Source of the DNA: Octopus sinensis
Lineage: Eukaryota
Assembly: GCF_006345805.1 (NCBI RefSeq)
Contig: NW_021826130.1
Coordinates: forward strand, 1-13,488
Direction: 5' to 3'
Length of the DNA stretch: 13,488 nucleotides
Shown: piece after piece, positions 8,401 through 13,488 of the stretch
Numbering within the stretch: the first letter of the stretch is position 1
Layout of the letters: each line of letters opens with the position of its first letter
Made by a program: the position numbers and the translations under genes
Notes under the pieces: generated by a model
What the model was told of the DNA's origin: nothing
What the model saw: the letters and a program-made list of their open reading frames with translations, nothing else
The model's database searches: none

Positions 8401-8631
8401 TATTTCTTTACTACCCACAAGGGGCTAAACACAGAAGGGACAAACAAGGACAGACAAACGATTAAGTCGATTATATCGACCCCAGTGCGTAACTGGTACT
8501 TAATTTATCGACCCCTGAAAGGATGAAAGGCAAAGTCGACATCGGCAGAATTTGAACTCAGAACGTAACGGCAGACGAAATACGGCTACGCATTTGGTCC
8601 GACGTGCTAACGTTTCTGCCAGCTCGCCGCC
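8401..8631 (-). mobile_element. Full-length monomeric SINE family A
   Basis: Head ggcggcgagctggcagaaacgttagc to tail gtaaagaaata. TSD tttctacatacc at 8389-8400 and 8633-8644. Confidence 0.92.
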
Positions 8632-8997
8632 TTTTCTACATACCTTTCTACATAACTTTCTACATACCGTTATCTCTACCAACCACCGCGATCACAGTCC
8701 CATTGCATATTTTAAATCCACTGACTTTCACTTCAGTCTTGAATTTGTCTCCTCTTAATTTCTTCTAATAAACGAACCTTCTCCTAATCCTATAATATTT
8801 CCATTTCCGCTCTTTATGCAACCGCGACAAAAAGCAGGTTTTGCCACTCTATTTGAAGACACCCTAAGAGATGAAAAGCAAAATTAATCATGGCAGGATT
8901 TACAGTTTCCAGAAAACCATCTATCCAACCAACACTTGGACTTCTGCACCAATTCACTGTACACACACACACACGCACCCCCCCCCACACACATACA

Positions 8998-9102
8998 TTA
9001 CTTGTTTCAGTCAGTAGACTGTGGCCACGCTGGAGCACTGTCTTGAAGACTTTTTAGTCAAATGAATCGACTCCAGTACTCTTTTTTGAAGCCTGGTACT
9101 TT
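8998..9102 (-). mobile_element. 3' fragment of SINE family B
   Basis: ttacttgtttcagtc...gtggccacgctggagcac is the reverse complement of the family B tail. Confidence 0.8.
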
Positions 9103-9115
9103 TTTTCCGGTGTCT

Positions 9116-9117
9116 TA

Positions 9118-9185
<68 letters not shown>

Positions 9186-9193
9186 AATATATA

Positions 9194-9226
<33 letters not shown>

Positions 9227-9262
9227 ATGTATGTATACACACACACACACGCACACACACAC
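9116..9262. repeat. (TA)n/(TG)n/(TATG)n/(CA)n compound microsatellite
   Basis: Directly visible. Confidence 0.95.
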
Positions 9263-9265
9263 GAG

Positions 9266-9354
9266 GAGTCTTCTGTAACTTCAGACCGACCAAAGCTTTA
9301 TGAGTGGATTTGGTTGAGGAAACACATACATACATACATATGTGTGTGTGTATG

Positions 9355-9387
<33 letters not shown>

Positions 9388-9628
9388 GTGTGTGTGTGTG
9401 TGTGTTTAAGTTTGTCTACGTCCCCGTAACATAGCAGTTCGGCAAAAAAAAACCGATAGAATAAGTACCAGACTTCTGAAAAAAAAATAAAAAGAAAGAA
9501 AAAGAAAGAAAAAGAAAAAGAAAATAATAAGTACTGGGATCGATTTGTTCAAGTAAAAGTTCTTCAAGGTAAGTGCCCCCCCCCCCCAGCATGGCCGCAG
9601 TCCAATGACTGAAACAAGTAAAAGATTA
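9266..9628 (+). mobile_element. 5'-truncated SINE family B with internal (TG)n and A-rich expansions
   Basis: ccgaccaaag...gagtggatttgg...acgtccccgtaac...cagcatggccgcagtccaatgactgaaacaagtaaaaga matches 2570-2860. Confidence 0.85.
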
Positions 9629-9917
9629 AAGGAAGGAAGGAAGGAACGAACGAAGGAAGAAAAAACAAACAAACAAACAAACAAGAAAAGTAGGGAAGGG
9701 AAGAAGGAAGTGTAGAAACGGGATGTAAAGGAAATGGGTGCAAAGTGAAAGTCGACTGACTCCGGTCGTTGACGGATCAGTTGTTGTGTCAGAGATGCAA
9801 TGATAAGACAAGTGCAGATGTGGTGCAGACTCGATAATGCAGCTGGGGTCATGGCAACAGTGGATACAAGCGATGTGGGTTGGCAGCCTTCGACATTTTT
9901 TTTCTATTCAAGGAGTT

Positions 9918-11347
9918 TTATTTTTAACCCCCCCCCCCCAATCGAAATTGCGGAAGGCGGCGAGCTGGCAGAACCGTTAGCACGCCGGGCGAAATGCGTA
10001 GACGTGTTTTCGTCTGCCGTTATGTTCTGAGTTCAAATTCCGCCGAGGTCGACTTTGCCTTTCATCCTTTCGGGGGTCGATAAATTTAAGTACCAGTTAC
10101 GCACTGGGGTCGATGTAATCGACTTAATCCGTTTGTCTGTCCTGTTTATTTTTACACCCCCCCCCCAATCGAAATGCGGAAGGCGGCGAGCTGGCAGAAC
10201 CGTTAGCACGCCGGGCGAAATGCGTAGACGTATTTCGTCTGCCGTTATGTTCTGAGTTCAAATTCCGCCGAGGTCGACTTTTGCTTTCATCTTTCGGGGG
10301 TCGATAAATTAAGTACCAGTTACGCACTGGGGGTCGATTAATCGACTTAATCCTTTGTCTGTCCTGTTTATTTTTACCACCCCCCCCCCCATCGAAATGC
10401 GGAAGGCGGCGAGCTGGCAGACCGTTAGCACGCCGGGCGAAATGCGTAGACGTGTTTTCGTCTGCCGTTATGTTCTGAGTTCAAATTCCGCCGAGGTCGA
10501 CTTTGCCTTTCATCCTTTCGGGGGTCGATAAATTAAGTACCAGTTACGCACTGGGGTCGATGTAATCGACTTAATCCGTTTGTCTGTCCTGTTTATTTTT
10601 ACCCCCCCCCCCCCCCCAATCGAAATGCGGAAGACGGCGAGCTGGCAGAAACGTTAGCACGCCGGGCGAAATGCGTAGACGTATTTCGTCTGCCGTTATG
10701 TTCTGAGTTCAAATTCCGCAGAGGTCGACTTTACCTTTCATCCTTTCGGGGGTCGATAAATTTAAGTACCAGTTACGCACTGGGGGTCCATGTAATCGAC
10801 TTAATCCGTTTGTCTGTTCTTGTTTGTCCCCTCTATGTTTAGCCCCTCGTGGGTAGTAAAGAAATAGGTATTTCGTCTGCCGCTACGTTCTGAGTTCAAA
10901 TTCCGCCGAGGTCGACTTTGCCTTTCATCCTTCCTGGGTCGATAAATTTAAGTACCAGTTACGCACTGGGGTCGATGTAATCGACTTAATCCGTTTGTCT
11001 GTCCTGTTTATTTTTAACCCCCCCCCCAATCGAAATGCGGAAGGCGGCGAGCTGGCAGAACCGTTAGCACGCCGGGCGAAATGCGTAGCTGTATTTTCGT
11101 CTGCCGTTATGTTCTGAGTTCAAATTCCGCCGAGGTCGACTTTGCCTTTCATCCTTTCGGGGGTCGATAAATTAAGTACCAGTTACGCACTGGGGGTCGA
11201 TATAATCGACTTAATCAGTTTATCTGTCCTTGTTTGTCCCCCTCTATGTTTAGCCCATTGTGGGTAGTAAAGAAATAGGTATTTCGTCTGCCGCTACGTT
11301 CTGAGTTCAAATTCCGCCGAGGTCGACTTTGCCTTTCATCCTTTCGG
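9918..11347 (+). repeat. Tandem array of SINE family A copies, each with the same ~35-38-bp poly(C)-containing 5' flank
   Basis: SINE starts at 9956, 10182, 10405, 10633 and 11043, each preceded by atttttaC(n)aatcgaaatgcggaa. Units 4 and 5 also carry a tail plus a second headless body. Confidence 0.93.
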
Positions 11348-11602
11348 AAAAGACTGATAAATATAAGCAACATCCCTGCTATTGAATAATAACATACAGA
11401 TCAAAGTAAGGAATATTAGTTGAACACTCCTACCGAAACGCCTACGAAGCGCAAGCATAACAGATTTGACATAGTTATTTGAGACAGAAAACAAAAGTTT
11501 TGTACACTCATAGAGGTTAGCTGCCTTGAAGATGAGAACATCTCTTCCAAAATTAGTGAGAAAGAGAATGTCTTACTTAGCCCGTCGGTAACGCTTTCAC
11601 GG

Positions 11603-11740
11603 GATTAGAGAAAAAAGAGAGAGAGAGAGAGAGAAGCGTCCGTGACATGTGGTAGAGGGAATGTAATTGTAACGCTTTCAAGAGATTAGTGGAAGGGAAA
11701 GGAGGGGAGAGAAAGAAAAAGGAGAGAGAAAAAGAGGGTA
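11603..11740 (-). repeat. Unclassified dispersed repeat, inverted copy of 13244-13376
   Basis: Reverse complement taccctctttttctc...ctaatctcttgaaagcgttacaattacattccc...ctctaatc matches the right end of the window. Confidence 0.8.
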
Positions 11741-11781
11741 GCTGTTTCGAAACCTGCAACTCCTCCTCTATCCTAATTATA

Positions 11782-12008
11782 TATTTCTTTACTACCCACA
11801 AGGGGCTAAACACAGAGGGGGCAAACAAGGACAGACAAAGGGATTAAGTCGATTATATCGACCCCAGTGCGAAACTGGTACTTTATTTATCGACCCCGAA
11901 AGGATGAAAGGCAAAGTCGACCTCGGCGGAATTTGAACCCAGAACGTAACGGCAGACGAAATACGGCTACGCATTTCGCCCGGCGTGCTAACGTTTCTGC
12001 CAGCTCGC
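11782..12008 (-). mobile_element. Near full-length monomeric SINE family A
   Basis: TSD ctatcctaattata at 11768-11781 and 12009-12022. Confidence 0.92.
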
Positions 12009-12244
12009 CTATCCTAATTATAAATTCTCTTGCGGGACCCGTGAATATTTCACGAAATCAATGGTAAACCTATTGGGTTATACGTGAAAACTTTACCCCC
12101 CAAAAAAACCTGAAAGCATAACCTCTGTTGTGCCTGTATCAAAAGATAGCCGCTCATCAGCTATTCATTGAAAAGAGAAGGAAATTGGAATACGATGATT
12201 ACTTTATGCACTTTATATACTTTATGCAAAATTTTATAGACTTA

Positions 12245-12684
12245 CTAGCAGCATAGCCCGGTATTGCCCGGGTATGTAAGAGCCCCTTGTAGGCAACGAC
12301 TAATCCCAATCTAGTCCTTTCCCTCTTGGGAACGAAGGCGCATGTGCAGGTTGCAATATCTCCTCTTCACTCGAATACTTCTGTGTATACGATGTTCCTA
12401 GCTGTCCCTTTGGGCGATAAAAAGGTCGAGTTGTGTCCCCTAGACAGAAAATGTGTTGCATATAAAAAGCTTAGATTCTCGACCCCATATCGAATTTATC
12501 GATCTTTTTCAGAACTGGGGGAACTTTTCAAAGTTTTCGCTGCGTTAGTTTTGAATTATGACATTTGACTATGTGTGTGTCAAGTTTCATCAGAATCGGT
12601 TGAAAGCCGTGGTCAGGGTGAGGGTACAACCTGACAGACACACAAACACACAGACAGACAAACTGCCGTTTAAATATAGAGAGA
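12245..12684 (-). mobile_element. Complete 440-bp non-autonomous Helitron
   Basis: Minus strand begins A|TCTCTCTATATTTAAA, has GTCT-type repeats and ccgattctgatgaaacttg, and ends with hairpin cccgg-gcaata-ccggg, 8 nt, then CTAG|T. Inserted between A and T with no TSD. Confidence 0.88.
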
Positions 12685-12731
12685 TTTTTCCATTTTCCCC
12701 ATAAAAATAAATATTCCGTACATATGTTACA

Positions 12732-13026
12732 GTGGAGGCGCAATGGCCCAGTGGTTAGGGCAGCGGACTCCGCTGTCGGAGGATCGAAGTTTCGATTCCC
12801 AGACCGGGTGTTGTGTGTGTTTATGGAGCGAAAACACCTAAAGCTCCACGAGGCCCCTGTTGTATTCTTTCGCCCCAACTTTCTCTTGCTGTTTCTTGAG
12901 TAACGCTGCGATGGACTAGCGTCCCGTCCAGATGGTGGTGGGGGGACACATACGGCATAGAAACTGGGAAACCGGGCCCATGAGCCTGGCTAGGCTTGAA
13001 AAGGGGCGCATAAAAAAATTAAAAAA
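12732..13026 (+). mobile_element. tRNA-SINE family C with a head like the 3823 copy and tail type 2
   Basis: gtggaggcgcaatggcccagtggttagg...gtttcgattcccagac...ctgcgatggactagcgtcccgtccag and A-rich end. TSD catatg(t/a)taca at 12721-12731 and 13028-13038. Confidence 0.85.
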
Positions 13027-13243
13027 ACATATGATACAACCTTTAGTTAAAATGCAACATAGATATTTCACGGAATTGCACTTATGCGCATGCATTAAGT
13101 GATGGGTGATATATAAAAAAAAACTTAGTATCCTTTCCACTATCCACGCACTACCGCTACCTCCACCACCACCACCATCTTCACCTACCACGCGTCTTGG
13201 ACGCTCTTTTTCTCTCTCCCTCTTTCTGCCTCACTCTTCGCCT

Positions 13244-13376
13244 TACCCTCTTTTTCTCTCTCTCCTTTTTCTTTCTCCCTCCCTTTCCCTTCAACTAATC
13301 ACTTGAAAGCGTTACAATTACATTCCCCCTACCTCATGTCATCGGCGCTTCTCTCACTCTGTCTTTTTCTCTAATC
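13244..13376 (+). repeat. Unclassified CT-rich dispersed repeat, partner of 11603-11740; probably extends on both sides
   Basis: Direct inverted match to 11603-11740. Confidence 0.75.
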
Positions 13377-13488
13377 ATGTTGGTAATGTCTTTTCCTTCT
13401 TTGGACTTTTTCCTTTCTCCTCTCCGACGAAGAGCTATGCTCGAAACATCAACCTCTCTCCTTTCACCGATCGTCAAAGCTATTTCAT

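Larger units (their letters stand above)
7650..8758 (+). mobile_element. Decayed Penelope-like RT fragment in three pieces (about 7650-7782, 8283-8400, 8657-8758)
   Basis: LNYFFF...MGT...VVGYIKAKI..FTG..P...HY | IDNSIGVASFSRDQLNTFSNFFHPSL | FLHTVI...YFKSTDFHFSLEFVSS parallels PLE RT motifs (AMGT, FVGYxE, RYIDD, NxFHP, PFLD, YxKxTD..YL.F.S). Confidence 0.72.

Noticed and set aside
8778-8863. Possible extra minus-strand exon after a good acceptor (ttttgcttttcatctcttag)
   Set aside because: The only open frame ends phase 1 at a weak donor, incompatible with the phase-0 exon at 6568, and has no recognisable motif.
9761-9903. Possible upstream or signal-peptide exon on minus (ORF 9406..9852 or the Cys-rich alternative frame ending at gtcagt)
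   Set aside because: Weak splice sites, no convincing hydrophobic core, and the ORF runs into simple repeats. Cannot be excluded without RNA data.
9918-11347. CRISPR-like or retrozyme-like array
   Set aside because: No unique spacers or cas genes, the context is eukaryotic, and I found no hammerhead core (CUGANGA...GAAA) in the units on either strand.

Overview
Eukaryotic, repeat-dense DNA; the SINE families and microsatellite load look like Octopus or another coleoid cephalopod (from recall, not searched). Four short minus-strand exons (6568-6515, 3477-3403, 1898-1847, 362-184) have canonical AG/GT ends and compatible phases. They splice into a 120-codon stop-free stretch encoding a Cys-rich module followed by the first half of an FN3-like domain (anosmin/fend/ROS1-like). 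The gene's start and end were not found. The rest is mostly transposable elements: at least three tRNA-SINE families including two tandem arrays, a mariner remnant with two derived MITEs, two hAT-like MITEs, a complete non-autonomous Helitron, and CR1, R4/Dong-like, Tx1-like and Penelope-like fragments, several nested. The most unusual signal is one recurring SINE tail-to-body junction, seen six times in two independent arrays. Most ORFs in the supplied track are spurious.
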